Below, piece by piece: positions 39,004 to 48,907 of a stretch of 49,792 nt of DNA. Source of the stretch: Cyanophyceae cyanobacterium (GTDB taxonomy: Bacteria; Cyanobacteriota; Cyanobacteriia; Cyanobacteriales; JBHJGN01); assembly GCA_050331735.1 (NCBI GenBank), contig JBHJGN010000003.1, positions 1-49,792 of the forward strand. Direction: 5' to 3'. The translations under genes were made by a program, and so were the position numbers. How positions within the stretch are numbered: the first letter of the stretch is position 1; each line of letters opens with the position of its first letter. The notes under the pieces are model-generated. The model saw nothing but the letters and a program-made list of their open reading frames with translations. It was not told the origin of the DNA and did no database searches.

Positions 39004-40107
39004 TTGATTAAGGTTTACACTCAGCTCGACCAAGGGCAAAAATGGCTTCAGCAACACCGCCATCGGGTTCCGAGCTTTGCCTGTGTACTTGGTTTTACCG
39101 ACACTGGCTTGATTCCGGGGATTTCTGCGGCAGGGGCTACCCCAGAATCTCGCCGCTATACGGCGATCGCCGACGCGGAGTTTCTCATCAACGGACCCCA
39201 GCCGCAGCCGCAGTACCCGCTGCCGCCGCTGACGGTGGGAGCCTCTCCGGTAATCATTTCTCGGGCCGTTGTCGAAGCGCTGTCTCTGCCGGTTTATCTG
39301 TTTAATGCGGGTTTACCCGTTGCACCTGCGGTCCCGGCGATCGCTTTACAAGGAGTTCCGGCTCGCTGTGCTTCTTCCGGGCGCGCTTTGCCGCTAGCAG
39401 CGGTGAAACATCTACTTCAAGAAGGGTTGCGGTGGGGCGAAAACCTGGCAGCAACGGCTGGATACGTTCTGCTTGGCGAGTGTGTTGTGGGAGGAACGAC
39501 GACCGCTCTAGGAATTTTATCTGGGTTAGGAATTGATGCTGGCGGGAAAGTCAATAGCTCTCATCCCTGCTGCAATCACCAGCAGAAGCAAACTATTATC
39601 CAGGCGGGATTGAAGCGACTCGTTGCTGAACCCATAAATCCGCTGGAGTTAGTCGCGGCTGTTGGCGATCCGATGCAAATTGTCGTGGCGGGAATGGCCA
39701 TCTCCGCCAGCCGTTCTGCCGGAGTCTTGCTCGCTGGCGGCACTCAGATGCTGGCGATCTATGCTCTGATTCAGGCCATTGCTAAGTCTTTGAACCTAGC
39801 GGTGAAGCTAGAGCACATTGTTGTGGGGACGACTCGCTGGGTGGCTGAAGACCCCACAGGAGATACTGTCGCTCTTGCCGAAGCGGTTGGCTCAGTGCTG
39901 CTGGCTACAGAACTCAGGTTGGCTGCTTCTCGTTTTCCCAGCTTGCAGGATTACGAGCGCGGGTACGTCAAAGAAGGAGTTGGAGCAGGCGGCTGCGCGA
40001 TCGCCGCCTGTCTGTACCGAGGCTGGTCTCAGGAGCAGCTCCTCGCCGCGATTGACGCGGTAGCTGAGCGGTATTACGATCTAGGAGTGAATTCGACAGT
40101 CAAATAG
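39004..40107 (+). CDS. cobT: Nicotinate-nucleotide phosphoribosyltransferase (cyanobacterial/archaeal CobT type)
   Basis: IPGISAAG, ECVVGGTTTA, GDPMQ, LAGGTQM and GYVKEGVGAGG motifs; TTG start. Confidence 0.92.
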   Translation: MIKVYTQLDQGQKWLQQHRHRVPSFACVLGFTDTGLIPGISAAGATPESRRYTAIADAEFLINGPQPQPQYPLPPLTVGASPVIISRAVVEALSLPVYLFNAGLPVAPAVPAIALQGVPARCASSGRALPLAAVKHLLQEGLRWGENLAATAGYVLLGECVVGGTTTALGILSGLGIDAGGKVNSSHPCCNHQQKQTIIQAGLKRLVAEPINPLELVAAVGDPMQIVVAGMAISASRSAGVLLAGGTQMLAIYALIQAIAKSLNLAVKLEHIVVGTTRWVAEDPTGDTVALAEAVGSVLLATELRLAASRFPSLQDYERGYVKEGVGAGGCAIAACLYRGWSQEQLLAAIDAVAERYYDLGVNSTVK

Positions 40108-40431
40108 CTGTTCTTCTAGAGTGGCAATGCGGTTGTAGGCCGCTGTGAGCTGTGCAGTTAATCGGCGAATTTGAGTATCTGGAGACAAGCCTTTTTCACT
40201 TTTAGTATCGTGATGCCAGCCATTACCGTCGATTAAAATATCTTTGTGCTCCATTGCCGAGTTGAAACTGTTATGGTCTGGCACAGCAGGCGCTGTCGTC
40301 GAGGCTGTCACTAAAGTATTACTAGACTGATTCAGGGTAAGTGCAGTAATCTTTTCGCTGAGATGCTCAACCGTTTGATGAAGTCTATCAACTTTGTGCT
40401 CAAGTTCTGTAATTTGCTTCTGTATTTCCAT
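40081..40431 (-). CDS. Cyanobacterial coiled-coil hypothetical protein
   Basis: HKDIL.D...QIRRLTAQLTAAYNRIATLEEQL; ATG at 40431 (GTG at 40452 alternative). Confidence 0.75.
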   Translation of the reverse strand: MEIQKQITELEHKVDRLHQTVEHLSEKITALTLNQSSNTLVTASTTAPAVPDHNSFNSAMEHKDILIDGNGWHHDTKSEKGLSPDTQIRRLTAQLTAAYNRIATLEEQLFDCRIHS

Positions 40432-40785
40432 AGGACATTGGGCCACCGTCACTTCTTGTTCCTATAGTAAAAGCAGACAAAAAAAAGCCCCGAATATTCC
40501 TGATTCATTTAATGATTACTTAATTAAAAAATTGGTTCTCTATTCCTGGTCGGGAAAAACCGCTTTGATTGAATCGGTATTTATTCCTAATGCTCGAGCA
40601 GAAACTTTCAGTTTTGTCGGAGAGAGGGAAATAGGTAACCTTCAGGACTCGGTTTAGGTACTTTAAGTCAGCAAAGTACGAGTTATTTTCGCCTTCTTCA
40701 AACGGATATTTTTATCTCTTTAATCATTCATGACGTTTAAGTTTACGCCTCCAAAATCAACTGTAGAAATTGATACAATAAGCCT

Positions 40786-41928
40786 ATGTTCAGTCGCCGT
40801 TCTTTTTTAGCTAATATCGGCATTGCTGCCTTGGCATCGTGGCTGTCGGGCTGTAGTAGCTCCCAAGCAGCCCTAAATATTGTTCTGCTGGAGAACTCGA
40901 TTCCGCCGCAGCTTCTCCGCAGCTTTCGACAGCAATCACAAGGGCTGAGCTTCAAGCCAAGAGCAGGATTGGAAGAGCTGTTTGCAGTGCTTCAGTCTTT
41001 ACAGCAACAGGAAACCGACTCAATTTTTTCCTCGTTACGAAGATTAAATCCCGATTTGGTTACTACTGGTCACTACTGGTTATCTCAGGCGATTGCGGAG
41101 CAACTGCTCGAACCGTTAGACCCTGAATCTCTTGACCAGTGGAGCCTTTTGCCACCACGCTGGCAAGCGCTGGTGCGGCGCGACGTTCAAGGCCAACTCG
41201 CTCCCAATGGTGCGGTGTGGGGGGCTCCCTACCGTTGGGGCAGCACAATGATCGCCTATCGTCGAGACAAATTGAGAGAGCTAGGCTGGACTCCGCAACG
41301 CTGGAGCGATCTCTGGCGAGCAGAATTGCAGAACCGAATTTCGTTACTCGAGCAGCCGCGAGAAGTCATTGGTTTAACCTTAAAAAAGCTCGGCTATTCC
41401 TACAACACTACCGATCTATCCAAAATTGCCAATTTAACATCGGAGCTGCTAGCGCTACAGCAACAGGTTAAATTTTATAGTTCTGACAGTTATCTCCAGC
41501 CCCTTATTCTAGGAGATACGTGGTTAGCCGTTGGCTGGTCTACCGATATTATTCCAATTACCAAACGCTACTCCACGATTGAGGCGGTCGTCCCCCAGCC
41601 AGGGACATCTCTGTGGGCAGATCTCTGGGTGAAGCCAAAGCAGATGGAATCTTCTAGCGCTTCTTCAGAAGTCGATAGGACGACTCAGTGGATCGATTTT
41701 TGCTGGCTACCGCAGTCTGCCAGTCAAATTTCTTTATTCACAACGGCAGCTTCCCCGATTATTTTGAGCCTCCCTCGAGAAACTCTCCCACTAGATATTC
41801 GTAACAATGCACTCATTTTGCCAGAACAGCAGCTCCTCGACAATAGTGAATTTATTCTGCCTCTTCCTCCTGATGTTGAACAGCAATACCAAGATCTATG
41901 GCGAGAAATCAGAACAGCAACCAGTTAA
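40786..41928 (+). CDS. PotD/PotF-like ABC solute-binding lipoprotein
   Basis: SRRSFL (Tat-like) and LSGC lipobox; PYRWGS, WSDLW, REVIGL and LWADLW motifs. Confidence 0.85.
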   Translation: MFSRRSFLANIGIAALASWLSGCSSSQAALNIVLLENSIPPQLLRSFRQQSQGLSFKPRAGLEELFAVLQSLQQQETDSIFSSLRRLNPDLVTTGHYWLSQAIAEQLLEPLDPESLDQWSLLPPRWQALVRRDVQGQLAPNGAVWGAPYRWGSTMIAYRRDKLRELGWTPQRWSDLWRAELQNRISLLEQPREVIGLTLKKLGYSYNTTDLSKIANLTSELLALQQQVKFYSSDSYLQPLILGDTWLAVGWSTDIIPITKRYSTIEAVVPQPGTSLWADLWVKPKQMESSSASSEVDRTTQWIDFCWLPQSASQISLFTTAASPIILSLPRETLPLDIRNNALILPEQQLLDNSEFILPLPPDVEQQYQDLWREIRTATS

Positions 41929-42010
41929 GCAGTGTCCAGATCAAAACGACTGGCAACGAACTCTTCGTTCAACGAATTTGCTGTTAACTCGGTAACTGGT
42001 CGCTGGTCAC
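41920..42010. repeat. ACCAGT-heptamer inverted repeat between convergent genes
   Basis: ACCAGTTA (41920-41927) / TAACTGGT (41993-42000), plus CTGGTCA. Confidence 0.55.
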
Positions 42011-42012
42011 TA

Positions 42013-43764
42013 TTACTGTAGAACTTCTTCAAGCTGATGCTGCTGCCACAAGGAGCGATAGAGACCCGACTCTTCTAGGAGCTGATCGTGAGTACCGCTT
42101 TGAACAATTTTTCCTCGCTCCATCACCAAGATTCGGTCCGCAGTGGCTGCGGCGGCGAGTTGGTGAGTGATAAAAATGACGGTTTTGCGATGGACGCCGG
42201 AAGAGAGATTTCTGAGGATTTGAGTCGCCGTTTGGTTGTCTACGCTAGAGAGAGCATCGTCTAGGATCAAAATAGCGGCATCAACCAGCAAAGCCCTCGC
42301 TAGAGAAGTGCGCTGACGCTGCCCACCAGAGAGGGTAATTCCCCGTTCTCCTACTAGGGTTTCGTATTGCTGAGGAAAGTTCAGAATTTCGGGATGGATT
42401 TGGGCCTGTTGAGAAGCCTCACTGATGTCTGGAGATTCCCTTAACGGGTCGCCGTAGCGAATATTATTTTTGATGGTTGTACTAAACAGAAAACTGTCTT
42501 GAGGAACGTAGGCGATCGCCTGCCGCAAGTCTTGAAGGCGCAGCTTGGTAATATCAATATTGTCTAAAAATAGCTGACCTTCCTCAATGTTCAATAAACG
42601 GGGCAGGGCGTTAGCCAGGGTAGACTTTCCCGCACCAATAGGACCAACGACGGCCACCGTTTCCCCGGGGAAAATGGTAAAGCTGATCCGATCGAGAGCT
42701 GGAGTGGGGGTTCCGGGATAGGTGTAGCTCAGGTCGTGGGCACTGAGCTTTCCTTTCACCGTTTCTGGAACGAGAGAGACGGCATTGGCCCGGTCTTGAA
42801 TTTGAGGCTGCACCTGCAAAATAGACTCAATGCGATCGATGCTGACTTCACCGCGCTGATAGCGCGTAATCGTAAAGCCGAGCAAAGCGGTAGGAAACAC
42901 TAAACTACTGGTTAAGAAGATTAAGGTGACAAAATCGCCCGGAGTAATTTCCCCAGCGGCGATCGCCCTAGCCCCCAAAGCTAACAGCACCAGCAAACTG
43001 ATCGAGGATAAGCCCTCTACGAAGGGAAACAGAATATTGCGGGTTCTAGCCAGCTTCAAATTGGCTGTTAATAGCTGTCGGTTAATGTTTGCGAACGCCC
43101 GTCGCTCGTTTGTCTCTTGGGCATAAATTTTGATCAGGGCAATGCCGCTGATGTCTTCTTGAATCAATTCGCTTAGATGAGCAAGCTGCTCTTGCACCTC
43201 TCGCTGCTGATCGCGCAACTTACCGCTAAACAACTGAATGGAAATCAGCATGAGCGGATAAATAGCGATCGCCTTGACGCTCAGCGAGGCATCCAACGTC
43301 AGCATGACCGGCAGGGTAATGGTATAGGCAAACACGGTATTGACTAAACTTAACACCGCAAACCCAAGCAGAGCGCGGACGTTATCGACATCACTTGTGG
43401 CTCTGCTGATCAGATCTCCGGACGTATTGGTCGTGAAAAAGGCAGGCTCTAGGAAGAGCAGATGCTGAAAAATCTCCTGTTTGAGATCAAATTCTACTTC
43501 CCGCCCGACTCCAAATAACAAGATTCTCGATGACATGCGGATCAGCCACATCAGCGAAGCCAGAGCGAGAATCAGCGGTACAAACCCCCAAAGCTGCTCG
43601 AAGCTGAACGACTGTCGCAGGGTATCAATGGTGTCTCCAACCAATAATCCGATCCACACATTGACTGCATTAACAACTAATAAGGCAAAGATGCCCAGCA
43701 AAACTTTTTTCCAGTGAGGGCGGAGATAGGCCCCCAACCTCTGTAGCCGTCGTAAGTTAACCAT
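42013..43764 (-). CDS. ABC exporter, fused TMD-NBD
   Basis: GPIGAGKS, VPQDSFLF, GERGITLSGGQRQR and ILDDALS motifs. Confidence 0.95.
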   Translation of the reverse strand: MVNLRRLQRLGAYLRPHWKKVLLGIFALLVVNAVNVWIGLLVGDTIDTLRQSFSFEQLWGFVPLILALASLMWLIRMSSRILLFGVGREVEFDLKQEIFQHLLFLEPAFFTTNTSGDLISRATSDVDNVRALLGFAVLSLVNTVFAYTITLPVMLTLDASLSVKAIAIYPLMLISIQLFSGKLRDQQREVQEQLAHLSELIQEDISGIALIKIYAQETNERRAFANINRQLLTANLKLARTRNILFPFVEGLSSISLLVLLALGARAIAAGEITPGDFVTLIFLTSSLVFPTALLGFTITRYQRGEVSIDRIESILQVQPQIQDRANAVSLVPETVKGKLSAHDLSYTYPGTPTPALDRISFTIFPGETVAVVGPIGAGKSTLANALPRLLNIEEGQLFLDNIDITKLRLQDLRQAIAYVPQDSFLFSTTIKNNIRYGDPLRESPDISEASQQAQIHPEILNFPQQYETLVGERGITLSGGQRQRTSLARALLVDAAILILDDALSSVDNQTATQILRNLSSGVHRKTVIFITHQLAAAATADRILVMERGKIVQSGTHDQLLEESGLYRSLWQQHQLEEVLQ

Positions 43765-44045
43765 GTCACAAATTTAACATTTCTCAACTGGCGCGGACAT
43801 CTCTTCGGGCATAGCTCTATTACCTGAAGAAAATCTTAAGATAAGTGTTTTTTAGTCGAATTTACGGAAGTGATCTGTTTGTCTCTCTCGCTAGACTGAT
43901 TTACAGTGCTATCACTTTTTTGAAGAAAAATTGCCAATCAACTCTAAAGTTTCGTTCTTCGTTTTTTGGGCAAACAATCGCGATGAAATTGTTGGTATCA
44001 ATTAAGCCATTCTTTATCCACTAGAGTGTGAGCCTCATAAATCTC

Positions 44046-44414
44046 ATGATTACCCTAAGCCTGCTACATCCTATTCATCTGCTTCCGGTTCAAAGCTGGA
44101 CCTTCGATTCAAAAATTATTGGGATAGGACGCGCTCGAGATAACGATATTGTTCTCTACAGTGCCTTTGTCTCTGCCTATCACGCTGAACTCCATCGGCA
44201 ATCATGGGGGTGGGAGGTAGTGTCGATGAGCAGCGACGGTATCTATGCCAACAATCAAGCTGTGAGCCGCTGTCAAGCTAGAAACAGCATGATTTTGCGC
44301 TTATCTAGCTGGGGTCCGCGTCTTCAGATTCAGCTTTCTCCCGCAGCCTCGAGCCAAGCGCCGTATTTATCGCCACAGAAGCGATCGCTAGGTGAGACGA
44401 CCAAGGCATCTTAA
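44046..44414 (+). CDS. FHA domain protein (degenerate)
   Basis: MITLSLLHP...VQSWTF...IGRARDNDIVL...VSAYHA. Confidence 0.75.
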   Translation: MITLSLLHPIHLLPVQSWTFDSKIIGIGRARDNDIVLYSAFVSAYHAELHRQSWGWEVVSMSSDGIYANNQAVSRCQARNSMILRLSSWGPRLQIQLSPAASSQAPYLSPQKRSLGETTKAS

Positions 44415-44508
44415 CCGAAACAGCTCCAGTTAATCTGACCAGTAACTAATAGTTGAACTGTGGGGAAACCGCTACACTGAAAAACGTAAAACTTACTTAA
44501 TCATTCAG

Positions 44509-45507
44509 GTGTCGCAGTTTTTACCGACAATCCTTGTTACCGGCGGTGCAGGATACATCGGCTCTCACGCCGTCTTAGCGCTACAGCAAGCTGGTTATGA
44601 TGTGCTGGTCCTTGATAACTTGTCCTCTGGGCATCCAGAATTAGTGCGCGATGTTCTCAAAGCCGAATTAATTGAAGGAGATACTCAAGATCGCGCCTTA
44701 CTCGATCAGCTCTTTGCGAGCCGTTCGATTGCCGCTGTGATGCATTTTGCGGCCTACATTGCGGTGGGGGAATCCGTCACCGAACCCGCTAGATATTACC
44801 GCAATAATGTTGTTGGTACTCTCACTCTGTTAGAAGCCGCGCTCGCTGCTCAGGTGAAGCACTTCGTTTTTTCCTCTACCTGTGCTATTTACGGGATGCC
44901 CAAATCAATTCCGATGACGGAGGCTCACCCTCACAATCCTCTGAGTCCTTACGCGGCGAGTAAAGAAGTAGTCGAAAGCATGTTGGCGGACTTTGACCGA
45001 GCCTACGGCCTAAAATCAGTGACGTTTCGCTATTTCAATGCTTCTGGGGCCGACCCAGGAGGAATACTCGGGGAAGACCACAATCCAGAAACTCATCTGA
45101 TCCCGTTAGCGCTGCATACGGCCCTCGGTCGTCGCCAGTCTCTCTCCATTTACGGCACCGATTACCCGACCCCTGATGGCACAGCCATTCGAGACTATAT
45201 CCACGTTAGTGATTTAGCCCAGGCTCATGTTTTAGGACTAGAGTATTTGCTGGCTGGCGGCAAGACTGAAATTTTTAATTTGGGCAACGGCAACGGCTTC
45301 TCTGTGCGAGAAGTCATTGAAACAGCCAGAAAAGTTACCGGTAAACCGATTCCTGCCGAAGAGTGCGACCGCCGCGCTGGCGATGCGACGGTTCTGGTTG
45401 GCAGTAGCGAAAAAGCTCGCACCATTCTTAATTGGCAGCCTCAGTACGCGGAGCTAAACACCATTATTTTCCATGCTTGGCAATGGCATCAGCGAAGACA
45501 TGGGTAA
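44509..45507 (+). CDS. galE: UDP-glucose 4-epimerase
   Basis: TGGAGYIGSH, HFAA, YAASK, RYFN, RDYIHV and NLGNG motifs. Confidence 0.96.
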   Translation: MSQFLPTILVTGGAGYIGSHAVLALQQAGYDVLVLDNLSSGHPELVRDVLKAELIEGDTQDRALLDQLFASRSIAAVMHFAAYIAVGESVTEPARYYRNNVVGTLTLLEAALAAQVKHFVFSSTCAIYGMPKSIPMTEAHPHNPLSPYAASKEVVESMLADFDRAYGLKSVTFRYFNASGADPGGILGEDHNPETHLIPLALHTALGRRQSLSIYGTDYPTPDGTAIRDYIHVSDLAQAHVLGLEYLLAGGKTEIFNLGNGNGFSVREVIETARKVTGKPIPAEECDRRAGDATVLVGSSEKARTILNWQPQYAELNTIIFHAWQWHQRRHG

Positions 45508-45629
45508 AATAGAGAGTGGAAAATCGAGCGACTGATGGTTAGACCGACTCAGCTAATCAAATCTTCTGGTAGACGCAAACAGCGAGTTCGGATGCTAATC
45601 TGGCATCATCTTGTCGGTTTCAAATTGTT

Positions 45630-45950
45630 ATGTCGGACCATGAACTATCGTCAGCAGTAGAAGAGCGCTTTCGCCGTTTAGAATCAGTGGTTAATCGGGT
45701 GGGAAAGGCTGTACTCGCAACCACAGAAACCGTTGAATGTCTGGCTAAGCGTATTGACGATCTTGCTGTACAGGTAAAGCATCAAGGACATCAAGTACAA
45801 CAACAAAGCTATCAGATTTGCGCAATTAGCGATGCCTTGCAGAATTTTATGACTAACCAATCACAATCGAGAGAGGAGTTAAACCAACTGACGGAAACCC
45901 TCCAAAATTTGACAGCAGTTCTGACTAAAATCAACGGTAGCGGCTCTTAA
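45630..45950 (+). CDS. Small coiled-coil hypothetical protein
   Basis: ATG ORF with heptad character, co-oriented with neighbours. Confidence 0.65.
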   Translation: MSDHELSSAVEERFRRLESVVNRVGKAVLATTETVECLAKRIDDLAVQVKHQGHQVQQQSYQICAISDALQNFMTNQSQSREELNQLTETLQNLTAVLTKINGSGS

Positions 45951-46083
45951 TCGACAAATTGAGCTTATTCTGCCAATTGTAACTTGTCTACAATATGTTC
46001 CTGACTGCGCTACAAACTGCCATTTAAGTCTTTTGAAATACGCTAATTGCTAATTTAACATTGTTTTTGAGTTTATTTTTGTC

Positions 46084-46524
46084 ATGATGTTAGTGCCTGA
46101 TGCCCGTCGAAAAATAGCGATTTCCCTAAGTATAATTGGGCTGATTCTGACAAGCTGTGCGGAGACTAAAGTTTCTCAATGTCGAGAAATGATTGAAGTG
46201 ACAATGAATATTGCTAACGAAACGAAAGCTCTGTCTAACAACGGTCAAACCAAAGAACCACAGGCAGCCCTACAGGTAGCAGATGCTTTTGAAAAAGCTG
46301 CTCAGGAAATGGCAAAAATCAACCTTCAAGACGAGCAGTTAGTCGAGTATCAAGACGGGTTTGCCCAAATGTACCTGGGAATGAGTCGAGCGACTCATAG
46401 CTTTATTGGGGCTTTAAACGACAAGGATATTACCGCTGCAAAATCTGCCAAAGAGGAGCTACAAACCCTGGGTAGTACGGAACGGGAATTGGTTAGCGGC
46501 ATTAATAGCTATTGTCAGGAATAA
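46084..46524 (+). CDS. Helical lipoprotein, hypothetical
   Basis: Signal peptide with LTSC lipobox; Cys pair (SQC ... NSYC). Confidence 0.8.
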   Translation: MMLVPDARRKIAISLSIIGLILTSCAETKVSQCREMIEVTMNIANETKALSNNGQTKEPQAALQVADAFEKAAQEMAKINLQDEQLVEYQDGFAQMYLGMSRATHSFIGALNDKDITAAKSAKEELQTLGSTERELVSGINSYCQE

Positions 46525-46553
46525 GTCTAGAGAGGATTGGGAAGAGCGACGCA

Positions 46554-46574
46554 GGCAATCAGTTGCCCTTTTTT
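46554..46574 (+). terminator. Possible weak intrinsic terminator
   Basis: GGCAA-TCAG-TTGCC followed by C-T6. Confidence 0.35.
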
Positions 46575-46707
46575 GATAGTCTTGCTAAGACGGAGACTAT
46601 AGTCACCAGTTACCAAGAAGAATATTGCTGGGTCAAAGTTGCTCTTTTCAAAGAGCTTAGATATCCGGAAACTGGTAACCGTCTTTAGCATCGGGTATAG
46701 CACCAGC

Positions 46708-48768
46708 ATGAGACTAATCTCAATCAAACTCTGTAATTTTCGGCAATTTTATGGCAAAACTCCAGACATTACTGTTGCCAGCGGCGATCGCAATACAACG
46801 GTCATTCACGGCAACAATGGAGCGGGGAAAACCACGCTACTCAACGCTTTTACCTGGGTTCTCTACGAGAAATTTACTGCTGCTTTTGCCTCTCCTCATC
46901 TACTGATTAACAAACGAGCTATTACCGAAGCCGAGACGGGAGCATCCGTCGAATGTTGGGTCGAAATTCAGTTCGAGCACGAAAGCAAACGGTATCAGGT
47001 GAAGCGCAAATGCTACGCTCATCGAGACAGAGACGATAGGATTCAGTACAGTCAGAGCAAGCTGTTTATGCTGGTAGTGGGGGATGATGGACGCTGGTAT
47101 CCGCCGATGCAGCAGCCAGAAGAAATTATTGAAAGAATTTTGCCAGAGAGCCTCCATCAGTACTTTTTCTTCGATGGCGAACGGATCGACCATATTTTTC
47201 GCTACGGACAAAACCGGATTGCTGAAGACACGAAAGAATTACTCGGCGTTAAGGTATTAGATCGAGCCATTGACCATCTCAAAAAAGCCGTGCGCTCGCT
47301 CTCTGAAGAACTAAGAGAAATTGGCGATTTAGAAACTAAAAAGCTGCTGCGCCAGCAGTTGGACCTCGAAAAAGAAAGCGATCGCCTCACGGTGCGTCAG
47401 CAAGAGATCGCGCAAAACATCGCGCAGCAGGAAGCCTTAAAGCAAATCGTTTCTCAGCAATTATTGCAGCTCAGCGGTGCCGAAAAACTTCAGCAGCTTA
47501 AGGAAAAACTGGAGTCTCAAGAACAAACGGTACGTCAGAATCTGCTGACGGCTAAAAACAACGTTAAACAGGCAATGTCTCGCCGTGGCCATCTTATTTT
47601 TCTTGCCGAGGCGATCTCTCAATTCACGACTCTCATGGGGGATTTACGGCAACAAGGCGAGTTACCCGGCGGCATCAAACAGCAGTTTGTGCAGCAGCTA
47701 CTAGAACGCGGGGTCTGTATCTGCGGTCAGTCACTACACGCCGAGACCGAACCGTATCAGCAGGTGCAGGCGTGGATGAACCGAGCCGGAATTGCTGATG
47801 TAGAAGAGGCTGCTATCCGCTTAGAAACCCAGGTAGGAGAAATCGAGAACCTGACAGTGCAGTTCTGGCAAGATCTCGATCGAGAACAGGCCAACATCCA
47901 CCAGTACCGCACCGAGTTAGCCAGAATTGAGAACGAGATCGATGAGCTGAAAGAGAAGCTGAGAAACTATCCCAACGAGGATATTAAAAAGCTCCAGAAC
48001 GAGCTAGATATTTTAGACAGCACGATCAAGGAGCTAACCTTAGAGCAGGGCATTAATCAACAACAGCAAGCCGATTTAGCTAAAGACATCGAGACTGTCG
48101 CCAAGCAAGTGGCTAAGCAGCAGTTGAAAGAAGAAAAACAAACCTTGGCCCAAAGACGGATTGCGGCGACGACGGTCGCTATTGAACGGCTCGTTGAGGT
48201 GCGATCGCGCTTAGAACGCCAGTTCCGCGTTTCCCTCGAGCAACGAGTACAGGAGATCTTCAGCGCGATCTCCTTTACTCCCTATATCCCGCGCTTGAGC
48301 AATAGCTACGAACTTACCTTAGTCGAAAATACCTCAGGCATGGCCGTTCCCGTCGCTGCCTCTACTGGAGAAAACCAAATTCTCAGCCTCTCCTTCATCG
48401 GCGGCATCATCGACAGAGTGCGCGAGTGGAGTCACAGAAACACCCTGATGGGTCCGGATAGCAGCACGTTTCCTGTGGTTATGGACTCGCCTTTTGGTAG
48501 CCTTGACGAGATCTATCGTCGTCAAGTCGCACAATCCATTCCTCAAATTGCCAACCAGCTCGTCATTCTAGCCACAAAAACCCAGTGGCGAGGCGAAGTG
48601 GCCGCAGAAATTGCTGACCTCATCGGCCAAGAATACGTGCTGGTCTACAACTCCCCCAAACCCGATTGCGAAGAAGACTCCATTGAACTCGATGGAGTGA
48701 GCTACCCCTTGGTCAAACGGAGCCCCAACCAGTTTGAGTACACCGAAATTATTCCAATTGACCATTAA
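46708..48768 (+). CDS. Rad50/SbcC/DndD-like SMC-family ATPase
   Basis: NFRQF, GNNGAGKT, YFFFDGE, coiled coils with central CICG, ASTGENQ, VMDSPFGSLD; ATG at 46708 preferred over TTG at 46639. Confidence 0.88.
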   Translation: MRLISIKLCNFRQFYGKTPDITVASGDRNTTVIHGNNGAGKTTLLNAFTWVLYEKFTAAFASPHLLINKRAITEAETGASVECWVEIQFEHESKRYQVKRKCYAHRDRDDRIQYSQSKLFMLVVGDDGRWYPPMQQPEEIIERILPESLHQYFFFDGERIDHIFRYGQNRIAEDTKELLGVKVLDRAIDHLKKAVRSLSEELREIGDLETKKLLRQQLDLEKESDRLTVRQQEIAQNIAQQEALKQIVSQQLLQLSGAEKLQQLKEKLESQEQTVRQNLLTAKNNVKQAMSRRGHLIFLAEAISQFTTLMGDLRQQGELPGGIKQQFVQQLLERGVCICGQSLHAETEPYQQVQAWMNRAGIADVEEAAIRLETQVGEIENLTVQFWQDLDREQANIHQYRTELARIENEIDELKEKLRNYPNEDIKKLQNELDILDSTIKELTLEQGINQQQQADLAKDIETVAKQVAKQQLKEEKQTLAQRRIAATTVAIERLVEVRSRLERQFRVSLEQRVQEIFSAISFTPYIPRLSNSYELTLVENTSGMAVPVAASTGENQILSLSFIGGIIDRVREWSHRNTLMGPDSSTFPVVMDSPFGSLDEIYRRQVAQSIPQIANQLVILATKTQWRGEVAAEIADLIGQEYVLVYNSPKPDCEEDSIELDGVSYPLVKRSPNQFEYTEIIPIDH

Positions 48769-48813
48769 CAATTAACAATAACGAATCAATGCTAACTGTT
48801 GATGGTTAATGGT
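48761..48813. repeat. Heptamer-type inverted repeat at the ATPase 3' end
   Basis: ACCATTAAC / GTTAATGGT with tandem ATTAACA-like units. Confidence 0.6.
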
Positions 48814-48835
48814 TACAGAGCTGTGAAGTAGAAAG

Positions 48836-48883
48836 CCAACGCGATTTATCCGTTGGATGAATACGATTAGCGGCTTTAGCCGC
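48836..48883 (+). mobile_element. IS200/IS605-family left-end hairpins
   Basis: CCAACG-N9-CGTTGG and GCGGCT-TT-AGCCGC directly upstream of tnpB. Confidence 0.6.
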
Positions 48884-48907
48884 AGTTAAATACGCTAAAA
48901 TAGCTGT

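Noticed and set aside
40081..40107. 27 bp convergent overlap of cobT and the hypothetical gene
   Set aside because: Short tail-to-tail overlaps are common and nothing else points to a function.
46639..46707. TTG-started N-terminal extension of the SMC ATPase
   Set aside because: The family-typical start MRLISIKLCNFRQF begins at ATG 46708.
5408..48771. Numerous 60-150 aa antisense or alternate-frame ORFs within long genes
   Set aside because: Shadow ORFs of well-supported CDSs with no independent motifs.
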